A DNA stretch of 64,000 nt from Setoptus koraiensis (Eukaryota > Animalia > Arthropoda): positions 1,178,001 to 1,242,000 of the forward strand of contig CM106586.1 of assembly GCA_048013815.1 (NCBI GenBank), written 5' to 3'. Both the position numbers and the translations under genes were made by a program. Below, piece after piece: positions 35,202-47,998 of this stretch (within the stretch, counting starts at the first letter, position 1; every line of letters starts with the position of its first letter). Under the pieces are notes generated by a model, which worked only from the letters and a program-made list of their open reading frames with translations, did not search any database and was not told the origin of the DNA.

Positions 35202-37407
35202 TTACTCTTTTTCTATCTCGAGGATCCAATCGATGAAGCTCGATACACGCGTATAGACACCTGGATAGTTGGCTAATCCACAGCCGTGGCCATGACTAAC
35301 TATTCCAACAACCATTTGGCGATTTTCTGGACCCTCTACCATCAATGGGGATCCAGAGTCCCCTTGGCAAGCGTCTTTGCCACCCTCTTCTAGTCCAGCG
35401 CAAATGAAATTTCTGGTCATGTTCTTCTTATAAGCCCTGCCACATTTATCATTATCCCAAATTGGTATGGAGGTCTGATGTAATTTGCGTTGTCCGCTCA
35501 ACTTTGCAGCTCCTATTGCCGAGTAACTTTGTGAGCCAAAACCAATCACAGTGCCAATCTCATTGATGAATAGACGCCCTCTCTGAGGTAGACAGATGGG
35601 CTTGGTGAAATCATTGAATGTGATAGGTGTTCGTAGTTTCACTATACCAATGTCATTCTCATTTGTGTGTGACAATCTGTCGTATTTAGGATGAATGATT
35701 ATCTCTTCTACGTCATAGTCGCTAGAGTAGGGATCTGCAAGTTCTGAAAAATCATAGGAACCTAGTCTGACAAATATTGTTTCCGGTGACATTCTGTATT
35801 TATTTCAATCGGATCAGGAATAAGATTTAGTGTTAAGGGATATCAGTAAGATTGCCAGCGGTACACAAGTGAACAAATTTCCCATAAAAGACTATCCATA
35901 ATACTTACGTAGCAAGACAGTGAGCTGCGGTTAATATATGACTAGCACTGATTATTGCGCCCCCACAGAATGGTCCCGCTTTTGAATCTCTAACTTTGAG
36001 TAATCCAGCTATCCAAAGCCAATCTTGTGGATCGACTTCCTGGCCGCCAACAATTCTTGCTTTGGTAGTTAGACCGCATATATTCTCCTGATATCTGTAG
36101 GGTTTCCTTGAAGTTCTCGGTTTCTCTGTTGTAGTTGTGGAGGTTGTTGTAGTAGACGTGGTGGTAGTTGATGGCTTGAAAGAGGACGTTACTGGTTGAA
36201 TGAATGGCGCTTGGTTCAGCAATGTCGACGCTCTTCTGACAGATTCCGGTAAATCAAATTCTACCGTTTCCTCGTCCTGTACTTGTTCGTCTTCATGATG
36301 CACGGCATGTTGATCGTGGGCTTGAATAGATGTACGATGCTGTTTAGTGTGACTACGATCAACATTGTCTGATGGTGTTAATTTTGGAATATTGGCCGCT
36401 GAAAATTCATGATGACCAGCACTATCTTTTTGATGGGTTGTTGATGTGGATTGATTAGCAGAAGTATGTTTATGGACAACAACATGTGAATCTGTAAAAG
36501 GGTGCATGCTAGCATTTGTTGTACTTGGATGATTTGTAGTTGATTGAGCTTTAGGTGGGCTCGGCGATGGGACATGATGCTTCTTTGTTGGTGCTGTTGT
36601 AGTTGTTGTAGTTGATGTGGTAGATGGTTTTGGTGTGGTTGTTGTCGTAGTAGTTGTAGAGGTTGCTGGTTTGTTTCCACGAGGATCCGACTGAGATGAT
36701 GATTGCTCGCTTACAGCAACAGGTTCATTGATGGGTTCAGAGAGGATAACTTCGATTTGAGTGCCATCGAATCGGTTGGTTTCCTCCTGTGGAGTGGTTG
36801 GTTGCTCAGTTATCTCACTTATTTCTAGCTCCTCAGGAGCCTCAGTAGTTGTTGTTGTGGTAGTGGTAGAGGTGGTGGAAACGCGTTTATGATGGTGTCC
36901 TCTTTTAGGTTTACGAGTTGTTGTGGTTGTTGTGGGTGCCTCATTATCTTCCTCTCCTTCCTCTTCGTCAGTTGTTAGTGCAGATGTGGTGGATGTTGGA
37001 ATAATTACTGAGGAGTATAACAATGATGACGCCCTTCTAAAAGATTCTGGTTCTGCTGTTGACTTTTTGTTAGTTTGTGCTCTTCTATCATTTGTACTGG
37101 GTACTTTGGGTTGGACTTTAGTCTCTTTTTCTTTGTCCTCGTGCTCATCATGGTGATGTTGATGATTATCTGATTGATGTAAGCTGGTACTCCCATTAAT
37201 GAGTATTTGAGTTGGACCATTCTTTTTATTAAACTTTATCGATATACCTTGCACATTTGGGATGTCTTTCAGCGATTCAATGAGGGATTTCAGTACATCC
37301 TGATTATCGTGTACGTTTGTGTGATCTTGTAGCGACTTATATGTCAATACCGATAATACTACCGTGATAACGAGACCAATGTGTAACAAAGTGATTGATT
37401 GCGCCAT
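35202..37407 (-). CDS. Trypsin-like S1A serine protease with long Thr/Ser/His-rich mucin-like stalk (stubble/proclotting-enzyme-like, no clip domain seen), 696 aa
   Basis: Exons 37407-35909 and 35793-35202 (phase 2). Hydrophobic N-terminus; activation site CGLTTKAR|IVGG; triad TAAHC, ENDIG, GDSGSP; DACQ (Asp189 trypsin specificity); PGVYTRVS. Confidence 0.92.
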
Positions 37408-39209
37408 AATTAATTGTTTAATTTATGGCTAATCACGATCAATTACTAGCTAAGTAGAGATAGAAGAATTCTTAGTTGCTTAACATTGTAATTGTTGTTG
37501 ACCGTTAATTGAAGTATAGATTGACTAAAAGTGAGCTATCTTGCTGAACTGCTTTCAGAATATTAATTGAATACTGATTATTCGATAATGAATTACCTTG
37601 AAATGAATGTTCACTCTGTAAATGTTAGTGTTTCTATCATGCTGTTCAGTTCTTTCGAAGCAAACTCCAAACATGTTTACATAACTTACAAATCAACAAC
37701 AACAAGAATGTAATCTTACTTGCTGTTGATACTTACTAAAGTCACGCTTTTTAGCTATAATAGTCAATAGTAGTGGCAGAAAAAAGGGCCTGACACCTCA
37801 CAATTCTAGAGAACAGACAAAGTTTATGTTCGAGCTATGACAAGTATTTATGATTCTGAAGATTATGCAACTAGATTGGTAACTCTTTGATTGGACGATA
37901 CGTTTCTTGATTTTGCTTGATTCTAGGAATGATAGTTTACCTCAGCAGCGCGTGTGTCGACAAGTTTTCAATGGCATTCCACATAGATTACTCCAAGCTT
38001 AAGCAACTCACTAATATATGAATGTCTAGAGTATATCTTAGAGTGAAGATTGATGCAATCTAATAACTTGTTATAATCGTTACCACAATGCTGATGAATA
38101 AAACTTCTTTCAAAGAAGTTAATAATGATAATGGCGTACACTCACCCAGCTCAAACACGCTGCACTCACTCATGTGATTGCTGATTTTTTTGGTGAGCAT
38201 CATGAATGGATGGGTTCTCAACATGCTTCTCTAGGTAAAGAAAAAATCATATAGAGAACAGCTATAGAACTCATTGCTGAATAGATGAATTCAACCTCTA
38301 TCTTTCCTCTGAACAACCCAGGTTTGGTGGTGGTGAAAGAAGAAGTGGCAAGAAAGTTCAAGTTCTCTTCAACATAGCAATTGACTTGTCATTTACCTGT
38401 GACCGAGAACATATATTTCATTCAGTCAAATATTAGAAAGCATGTTGGACATCCCATCTCGATTGTATAACTCCGTTTGTGTCTCGTCGGATTATCCCAG
38501 ACAGCTTGAAATATTACCAGATAAATGATAGAAAGATGAAAATGCAGTCACATTGCAACGATTAGAAGTAGGTGTTACCACAACTAGCTTCAAAAAAAAC
38601 GATCAAAGGAACCTCGAACATGAACAATAATAGTTTTAGGCATTGCATCATTGATGAAGGTTGAATCTATGATTCTTTCCTAATTTGGATATTAGCGCAT
38701 CATAGTACCAAATCCTGTGAGCGGTATCCATGTTTTGAGGAGACCTTCGTTCCATGCTAATGGCATGATGCGAAGTGAGTGTGTTAGTTTTTCTATCACG
38801 AAGATATTTGCATATCTTCAAGTTGTTTCCTAACAAGCATTAACTAAAGTTAGTTAGTCCGCTTAGATTTGATAGTTGTCCCGATCAATTGACAAGTTGT
38901 TTATAGTTGCGAGTGCTTGTTTACGAGTTGATCCATGCTGATTGATTATCCAATTTTCCCACTCCCAACTCATAAGAGCGGCTGTTTCTCATATAAATAC
39001 AGTGATCCTTTTTCTCGGGAATACCAGTCTCTAGTTTCATTTATTTGAAAATAGATAGTTTGCAGTGAACGTTTTAGATGAAGTGCTAACCAGAGAGTTA
39101 ATGGTGGATAGTGATTTAAGTCCGGAAGGCAATATTTCTAGATAGCACATTAAATTGACCAAAGGAACAGTATGGCTGGTATCTGTAAAGACAGAAATAA
39201 AGGTATTCC

Positions 39210-40140
39210 ATGGGATTGCTTCCTCCTGCTAACGATTTCACTGATACTTTATATCATGACTTGTCACGGAAACTCCATGACTATTTTCTAATGTTTACAA
39301 TATTTACCACAAAAACAGTTGCTGTAGCTATCTACAGCAAAAAGAATGCACGAGCTACATCGACTCTAATCATCGCCATAATTATTATTCAAGCTGCAGT
39401 TGCAATTGGTTCGGCGGAAGGCAAAAAGCACAAGAAGACAATAAAACAAAAGTTGTTAGAAGACGATATAATACCCGATGTCATTGATGATATACCCGAA
39501 GGGGCAAATGTCACAGTAAAGTTTCCCAGCGGTGTTGAAGCTCATTATGGCAATGAACTTACTCCAACACAAGTTAAGGATATGCCCACTGTTAATTGGT
39601 CAGCCAAAAACGATGAATTGTACATGTTGGCCGTATTGGGTCCAGACGTGATGACTAGAACTGATCACAAATTTAGAAGTATACTATATTGGCTGGTAGT
39701 CAATATTCCTGGAAAAGCATTGGACAAAGGAGAGACATTGGCTGAGTATTTTGGGACAGGTCCACCCGAAAACACTGGCCTTCATCGAATGGTTTATCTT
39801 GTCTATGCTCAAAAAGATCATCATATCGAAAGTGATATGAATTTGAAAAATAATTCTCTTGTAGGAAGGACCAAGTTTTCGATCAGAGAATTTGCTGGGC
39901 AGCACCATTCGAAACCAATAGCAGGTAGGGGTTCCGATTCTAACATTGACCTTGCTTTAAATCAGTTCGATGCTTTAGTTAGTTAATTATTAAGTTAGTT
40001 CACAGTTTTCCGACAAAACAAATAACTGATCTCATAACAATACTTTTTATATTTTAGCTAATTATTATGTTGCTCAATATGATGACTATGTGCCAATACT
40101 TCAAAAACAATTGAGCGGATCACCAGGCACTGAAAATTAG
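39210..40140 (+). CDS. Phosphatidylethanolamine-binding protein (PEBP/OV-16-like), probably secreted
   Basis: Exons 39210-39924 and 40058-40140; the start may instead be the ATG at 39291. Motifs: IPDVID, GNELTPTQVKDMP, WLVVNIPG, GPPENTGLHRMVYLVY, PIA|ANYYVAQYDDYVPILQKQL. A hydrophobic leader precedes the domain. Confidence 0.9.
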
Positions 40141-41953
40141 ATGGAAGCACTGTCCATGATTTCTCTAAACTGTATTCAAACATTCTAATGAAACTACGTC
40201 ATAAGAGACGACAGATAATGAGAAAGTCTCTCGGAGACAACTTAAGTAACCACAACTTCATCAGATCCGATAAAATCAGTTGTTTTTATTAACGAACACT
40301 CTGTAATCAGTTGCCATTATATGAAAACCTAGCTGTTACAGTTTTTTCGCTCAAATTCGTCAGGAACTAGTCATGGGCTCACTGCTAGCTCAGTTTTTTG
40401 CCTCTTCTGTTATAAAAAAGTGAAACTTTTCTAGCCGATTTTCGTTATCTATTGGAAAATTTTTATGAATGAAATGATTACGTGCTATTACCGATCGTGA
40501 CACCTTTCTTGCAGATACTGGCCACTGTCAGTGTCACCGTCGTGATAACTTGAATACCGTATCATCATCTCGTGGCAATATGCAATAGTGACAGCTATTG
40601 CTGCCTAAACAACCACCATAGATACACATAGACACATTTTATTTATTTTTTATTTATTTTTTGTTTGTTGGTTAAATCATCATAGAAATTACATGATACA
40701 AGGAACCGCATTTCAAAGTGAGCACTATCGTCAATAGTAGCGACTCGAACTGATCCAACAATGTGAACCTAATCTCTTGAAATATGTTGCCATCCATGTT
40801 CTTTTTATGATGGCCTCTATAATCAACTATCCATACTCAGCTGCTCATTGATTATTAGTCGAGCTGCATCATCAGCTTAGCAATAATAAAACCATTCATG
40901 CTTGCCTATATCTACAAAGAGGATTAGGATACACAACAACTGACACGAAGGAGAAGAGACAAAAAACAGTAGGGCTCATCGATCAGATATTTGACCTAAT
41001 TAAAGTTTGCGTGGAGTATCCGATTCGTCGAATATCAAAATGACTGTATCCTATCACTGATAGGAATAGCTGGAAACGCCGAGAATACTCTAGGCTGATT
41101 TACAAAAATGGACTCATGAAGGATCAAGAGAACGTGAACCACGCTTTTGTTGGATTGAGTCTTGAGCATTTCCGGCTCCTATAAAAGAAGCGGACCAGAT
41201 GAGGAAGCTTCGGCGTATCTTAAATCTGTTCCGTTGCTGGAATATAATTTGCAGCATCATACTCAATGCGATAATTTGAGGTGACCGACAAGAGATCCGT
41301 ATCCTTATGAATTTGAGTTCAAGCTATGGCGAAATAACTGACTGTCGGAGGATGTCCCGAGATGCATTACAGCACTGGTGATGGTTATTCCGATGAAGAT
41401 CTCCAGGGCAGTATGCTCGTCAAGACCAGACTCAAGCGCGACATCGGCTGTAGTTATTGGAGAGCATATTTTACCCAACAATATGAACGTTAGCCTAGCA
41501 AGCACAATTTTGTAACTTATCGGAAGATTTCATTGTGTTGATCATTGAAGATTCAATTAAACCTGTCGATTGAGATTTGCTGTTGACAGTTAGGAAGCAC
41601 GATGATTCGTTATTGTACTTCATCGATGAGACCTCAGGGGTGGTAAGGTTGGATTATTAGCATTGATATTACATAAGCCTCGCGCAAGAGATTAAACAAT
41701 AAAAATATTAGATCATGACATTTAGATGAACCACAAAGATTATCTAGTTTCAGGCGAAAATAACCTAATTGGAGTCATCTAGATAACATTTCGGTGAATA
41801 TATAAATGATAGGAAGTAAAATTTGTAACCAGCAATCAGAGCGAGTAAACATTTGCTCATTAAGCATAGGTGTCCAAAATAGACTATTTGCAATCACAGT
41901 GGACGTTTCACCTAAAATACTATTGCAATAAGTTTTTCAATTAAATTAGAAGA

Positions 41954-43345
41954 ATGTTGCACTCAAAGAGCAAATTGACCGAAGAGATTCAAATCTCAAT
42001 CACAGCGTTGTTCATCTACGGAACACTTGCTGCTACTTCAGCGGGTAGCCATAAAAACCAAGCAGTCGACAACAGAACATCAAATTCTCAGTTGCGTGAA
42101 CTATATAGAATGAACTTACCTTTTCTTGATAAAAATATGGTTCATCCTGTTACAAAATGGGGTCCAGCTAGAAATGATGAAGAATATGATGAAACTAAGG
42201 CGAACGAATGTCAAATAAGTAATAACATGGATCTTTTGGTACGACAGAGATGGAAAAATGGTTCTATCAGTAGACCAATCTATCGATATGGTATTTTTAC
42301 CAATCCATGGAGTACGTGGCGGCCACTAGCATTTCTAAAAGATGAATTGCAAAATCCTTTTCTCAGTATTTCAGACTTCAGTAGCGCTACAATTGTGCAA
42401 GCCCGAGAAGAGTTGGACGTCCAGAAGCCGAATTTAACTAATCCACCAACAGGTGGTCAATTTAAAGTTACATGGATAGGTCATTCTACTTTACTGATTC
42501 AGGTGGATGGTTACAATATCCTCACCGATCCAATATTTTCGCAGCATGCCAGTCCTAAACCATTTCCAGGACCAGCTAGATTTCAGGATCCAGCTCTGAA
42601 AATAAGTGAATTGCCACCGATCGACATAGTGATTTTGTCACATAATCATTTCGATCATTTTGATTATGATAGCATAGAGGCCATAAATAAAAGGTTCGGA
42701 AGTGCTTGCCGTTGGTTGGTTCCCTTAGGTGTTGGCAAATTATTGCAAGCTATTCCTATAGAAAATTATCGAGAGTTGGATTGGTGGAAAAAAGATTGTT
42801 TTCCGGTGACACTGAGATCCATGAGAAGTTCATGTTACTTTGCTGAAACTTTGAATCATAAAATCAGCATGACAGATAAAATGCTAAAAGAATTGCAGCG
42901 AGGCCAACTTCAAATATATATGACTCCGGCGCAGCATTGGTCGAGACAAACACTAACCGATTTCTGTAGAACACTTTGGTCTAGTTACACTCTTATCAGT
43001 TCGAGCGGTAAAAAATTCTTCTTTACCGGTGACACGGGATACTGTCCAGCTTTCAAGGAAATCTTTGAAATATTCGGACATATGGACGGGGCTGCTATAC
43101 CGATAGGAGCTTATGGGCCCCGCTGGTTTACGAAATCCTTTCATGTAGATCCAGCAGATGCAATAGAAATTCATCGTGACTTAAAAAGCCAGAAGTCTAT
43201 GGCCATACATTGGGGCACCTTCAAATTGTCATTAGAGCCTTATATGGAACCAGCTCAACTTCTTCGGCAGCTCATGGCAGACGAGAGTCATTCTAATGAT
43301 ACCGCTTTCATCACAGTAAAACATGGATCCTCATTGACGTTTTGA
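41954..43345 (+). CDS. NAPEPLD: N-acyl-phosphatidylethanolamine-hydrolysing phospholipase D (metallo-beta-lactamase fold), intronless
   Basis: VTWIGHSTLL, ILTDPIFS, SHNHFDH (HxHxDH), TPAQHWS, FFFTGDTGYC, AIPIGAYGPRWF, AIHWGTF. Confidence 0.95.
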   Translation: MLHSKSKLTEEIQISITALFIYGTLAATSAGSHKNQAVDNRTSNSQLRELYRMNLPFLDKNMVHPVTKWGPARNDEEYDETKANECQISNNMDLLVRQRWKNGSISRPIYRYGIFTNPWSTWRPLAFLKDELQNPFLSISDFSSATIVQAREELDVQKPNLTNPPTGGQFKVTWIGHSTLLIQVDGYNILTDPIFSQHASPKPFPGPARFQDPALKISELPPIDIVILSHNHFDHFDYDSIEAINKRFGSACRWLVPLGVGKLLQAIPIENYRELDWWKKDCFPVTLRSMRSSCYFAETLNHKISMTDKMLKELQRGQLQIYMTPAQHWSRQTLTDFCRTLWSSYTLISSSGKKFFFTGDTGYCPAFKEIFEIFGHMDGAAIPIGAYGPRWFTKSFHVDPADAIEIHRDLKSQKSMAIHWGTFKLSLEPYMEPAQLLRQLMADESHSNDTAFITVKHGSSLTF

Positions 43346-46300
43346 CCAACTCACTAAACTCACTGCGAAAATCATGAAGAGAAACATCCCAAGAATAGCC
43401 TCAGAAAAGATTCATCTTGACAGTTGAGGCTATTACAGCTGTTGTTGAGTGCATCGCGAGATTTGTTCGATCCAAGAAGCTTCGTAAGAGACTTTACTTT
43501 AGTTTTCGCGCTATCTATCGGCGCTCTCAAATGAGACACAACCATTTTTTTAACTACCGCTATTTGAGTCAAGAACTAGAAAGGAACCTTTTTGTTTGTT
43601 GTACTCACAAGCTTCATGCAAAGTACACAAGAGCAGATCCTCGTGAAATGGCAATGCTCAGATCGCATGATGTAAGGTGGTTCGACCATCTATAGATGAT
43701 AGGATTTGTTGAAAGTTTTGTCATTTCTCAGGCCATTCGCATCCAAACTAAACGAATTTCCCAACAATAGGCACGTGAATGGCTTGTTCGGGCAGGTGCG
43801 GCTCGGTGTGCGAGAAAGATGTTATCCATAATTATTCCTTTGTTGAAACGAGACTTGTGAACTATTATTTGCGCTACCTAACGATGAACAGTAGACAAAT
43901 CTGATGTTGATCTTGTCTTCTTGGCAATCTAACGTTTTGTTTGGCTGATCGTTAATTATTAGGCCTCCAATCTGTTAGCAGTCCCATACCAACTGTGTCA
44001 ATTCAATTAAGCGAGCGAAATATAATCGGACTTGCTTGTAAAAATAGCTTCTCGCATATAACCAGAGGATGGAAAATCGTCCTGTGTTGGTCAAGCGGCT
44101 TCAATTGGTTCGCATTTCAACAGCGACAGAATTGTTATCGGTAATTTCACCTGTCCATAGCTGATTGTTATCACGGAAACATGTCACAATTTTTCTTGAA
44201 TTGACTTGGTCTAGTACAACATCGGTTTCATAATTGTTTGGAATGTCAATCATGCAGTTGTAACTTGCAACTCAACTGTTGTACCAACCGATGCTGTATC
44301 GAGCAATCTCGCAAGCGATTGGACTGCGTCCGGAGTCCGGACACACAATCGGAAATAAATAATATATTATATTGTACACACTACCTCGAAGAAGTTACAA
44401 GTGACGGTCATGGCGAACAAAACTCAACTTGCTACCAATGAAATTACTAGTTTAGTTTGATTTTGTCACGGTAAATAAACCTACGCCAATACGAAATGGA
44501 CGCCGAAGCGGTGAACTTGAGTCTCATTCGTCACTATTTGATATTCGACTACTACTCAAATAGTAGTGGATATGAAATAAAGTTTTTTTTTTCTCTCTTT
44601 TTGTCTTGCCGGAATCACCAAGATATCACTTGGATCTGGCTGCTATTTGTTGTACGCAACTACAGATAATGAAATACATATCAGTAACAAGATAAATCTG
44701 TCTGAAGCGTTGGTTCAATGGAATATTAATTTGGATTGCGACATTGATCTGAAAGGGAAAGCAATGGTTTGTTTGGCCATTTGATCTCGAATTTAAATTC
44801 GTTGTCTAACCCACACAAACGCAGCAATCATTTGCGCAGTGGCTACCATTAGCTCACCGAGACAAAAACTAGAGAAGAAAAGAAAAAACTTTTGTTATAC
44901 TTGAGTGATTCGGCAAAAATGAGCAGACATATGCACTCGCAAGTGGTGCGATTTTGATCAGCAGAACGCTATTGCGTCACTCTATTTATATGCGAGCGCA
45001 TCAATCAGTGCCAGTGCGCCAGCATCAACAACTGCATCAAATCAAATCAGGTGAACTTGAATCTGTTGAATCTGTCAAAAGTTCACTGGAATGTTTATTT
45101 GAAAACAAGAGAATTTTCACCAATGGCGACACTGTTGACGGTTATCTGTCACTAATGAGCGAGACAGACACTCCGGCAACGACAGTGTCGGTTCCACTGA
45201 GGTCACTAATGTCATTCAAAATTGTCAGCCACGAGCAGTTGGTTCCTGCCAGTCGACGGGACACATTTGATGCTGATAGATTGGCAGCGCGACAAAGATT
45301 GTGCTGCCGAGAGTGGAGCCGATGAAGCGTTTCTCACGACAACATTATCTCTCACATGGTTGATTGTGTGTGATTGTCTCTGTCTCTTGGGATCTCTCAG
45401 AAATTAGAAAACTAGTGGCGAGTTGGCAACAACAGGTAAGCTGTATTTATAGTTGGTAGTTGCCAGTTTCAACTACAGCTACAACAGCGACAACAACAAG
45501 CTACACTGTTGATAGTTTGCTAATAATTTATATATCCCGCACAATGTTTGGTTGTTGTTGTTGTTTGCTAGTTGTTATCAGAGTATCTTGGTGCTGTTGC
45601 AAAGACAGGTGAGCTGGCCGAGTCACTCACCTGTGTTACCATTGCGCCGCTGTGATTGCCATCTCTAGCTAGTAAGTGTGTGCGGAGTTGTGAGTTGCAA
45701 CTAGCAACTAGCAACCAGCAACCAGCGACTAACAACTAAAGGTGAACGAGCATACACTGTGTAGTGTCTGGTAGAGAACGGCTCACAAAGGCACCAAGTT
45801 AAAAAGAAAGATGAGCAAGAAGAAACACAACAGCAACAAGTTGCAGCTTACAAAGCCCAATAAGCGTTTGTTTTTTTTATTTTTATTTTGCGTTGCCATG
45901 ACGACTGCTGTTAGTTACTGCTGGCATACACCGGCTAGCTCAGGTAATCCTGTTGTCTTGTCTTGTCTTGTCTGTGCTATTGTGAATTAAATCATTGGTA
46001 GGCCTTGAATGTAGCTATTAGATACAGACACACTGGCTGGTAGTGAGTAGCAGGCAAGATGAGCAATGGCATAACAGCATTAGATGATGAGATGCGCCAA
46101 CACACAACTATGCAACAACGACAGGTGTCTGTTGTTGTTTGTTGCAAAACTACCTGCTGGCCATACAAACAAGCGGCGGTTGCTATTCTTCGAGCTATAC
46201 TGTATCATACAAGTAAGATGCATTTGCAAGCGCCACCGCTTCATCGATGGCCATGATATTCAACAAGTCGACAGTTCTTGACGCATCATCAGGTGATTGT

Positions 46301-47517
46301 CGTTGCTATTATTGGTCATTTGGTGCAAATGAATGTAGCCAGCCATTTGGTGGGCATGTAAAAATCATTCAATCTGGCAACGCATTCGCATATTATCAAT
46401 CGTTGTTGCCATCATATTGTATTTTAAACTACTCGCCATTTCACTATAGTAAACGAATCACCAAACGAGAGAGATAGAAAAAAGAGAGCCTGTTGAGGTA
46501 ACTCAATACCCAAGCCTTGCAATCTAATGAGATCATATGTTAATGCTTGCCAGATGCACGCCCGGTGCTGCTGAAACAACAAACAGAGATCTTAAAGTCG
46601 TCACAAATTAGTCAGTCAGTTAGTTAGTTGTTGCTGCTGTTTTAGTGTTAGGCCACAGTTAAGTAAACGAGTCAGACGGAACGGTACACATTTAGGTAAT
46701 CATGCCGATTGTGATAGATTAATTTGCCAACTGTGCAACAATAACACATACAGCACATACACTCACTTCACCGTGGCATCAAAGTAAACATAAATGAGCA
46801 GTCATCACACTAATAAACTAATTAAGTAATTAAGCAACGCATTTGAATCTAGCTGCTACTTCATCGCATACTTTCATCACAGCCAGTCCCATTAGGGCAT
46901 TATTTATCAAAACAGAAGCAACATCAAATGCTGCTGACACACTCTGACAGGAACACACACACACACACAATTGTTATTGTTTGCTGAAGCGATTCTTCGA
47001 TTTTCATTGAATCACTATTATTCATTCACTTTAATGACAACTCATATGGTGCCAATGGTCTCATTGTCTTGAGCACCTATTAATGCAATATTATTGTTGT
47101 TACCAACTTGACACAAATCAAACCAATCGTATTACAGTCGTCACATACGAAGCCGATATAGTGAGCAACACAACACAACAACACAACTAACAACATCAAA
47201 TGATTAATCCGATCATGCGAAATTGCAAGTGATCATTTCAAGTTCATCCTAAATGGCCTGTTCATTCGCAACAATTGTGACACTCAAAACTTGCAAAAGA
47301 AGAATGAAAACACCACTAACTATCACAGAATTTAGATCATCACATAAACGTTGATTTTTATCATACAACGATCTCTGTAGTGAGTATTTTCAATATTGAT
47401 CTTACACGAGATGGATAGCGAACAAAACAAGAGTTACAAACAAGTGCAGATATTTTGGGCACTCGGGCTCGCTTCAACTCTTTTTGTTTACTTTCATCTC
47501 CATCAGCCCACACTTCT

Positions 47518-47658
47518 AATTTAATCAGATGCTATATGACTCACAAATATCCTGTTCGAATGGAAAATAGTTTATGAACAGATCTCATATATCGCCAGTA
47601 TGCACTGTGTTCAATTCATCTGACACAGGAAATAGAAAATTCTAGATTGTGGCCTTGC
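47518..47658 (+). repeat. Direct repeat copy R1 (~140 bp) upstream of GALNT
   Basis: A 40-nt core aaaatagtttatgaacagatctcatatatcgccagtatgc (47564-47603) is identical to 50941-50980. The flanks align with mismatches and indels. Confidence 0.9.
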
Positions 47659-47998
47659 AAGATTTGAGTATATTTGCGTATATTTGAGATTTAGATCTTG
47701 GAGATTTTTGTATTGGAGATTTCGAATTTTAGAGATTGACCTCATCTCACCGACATTTCACTCAGCTATTTGCATGATGATGTTGTCTCGCTCAGGCGTC
47801 GTCGTTGTTTCGCTATTCCTGACTGAACCTATTCAGTTCTTATACAAGTAATTTGTACTCTCAGTTAACTCTCAACTAATTTCAATTTTCGTTTTTTCTC
47901 AATTTCTTCTCTATCCACACCCATAGGAACCAATTGGCATCGGCAATCATTATTTATGTTTATTTATTAACAACTAACTACCTTTCATTGATATCATC

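Noticed and set aside
40980-41510. Stop-interrupted coding-looking stretch upstream of NAPE-PLD (e.g. CPEMHYSTGDGYSDEDLQG)
   Set aside because: No family recognised in any frame. It may be another relic but needs tBLASTx to support.
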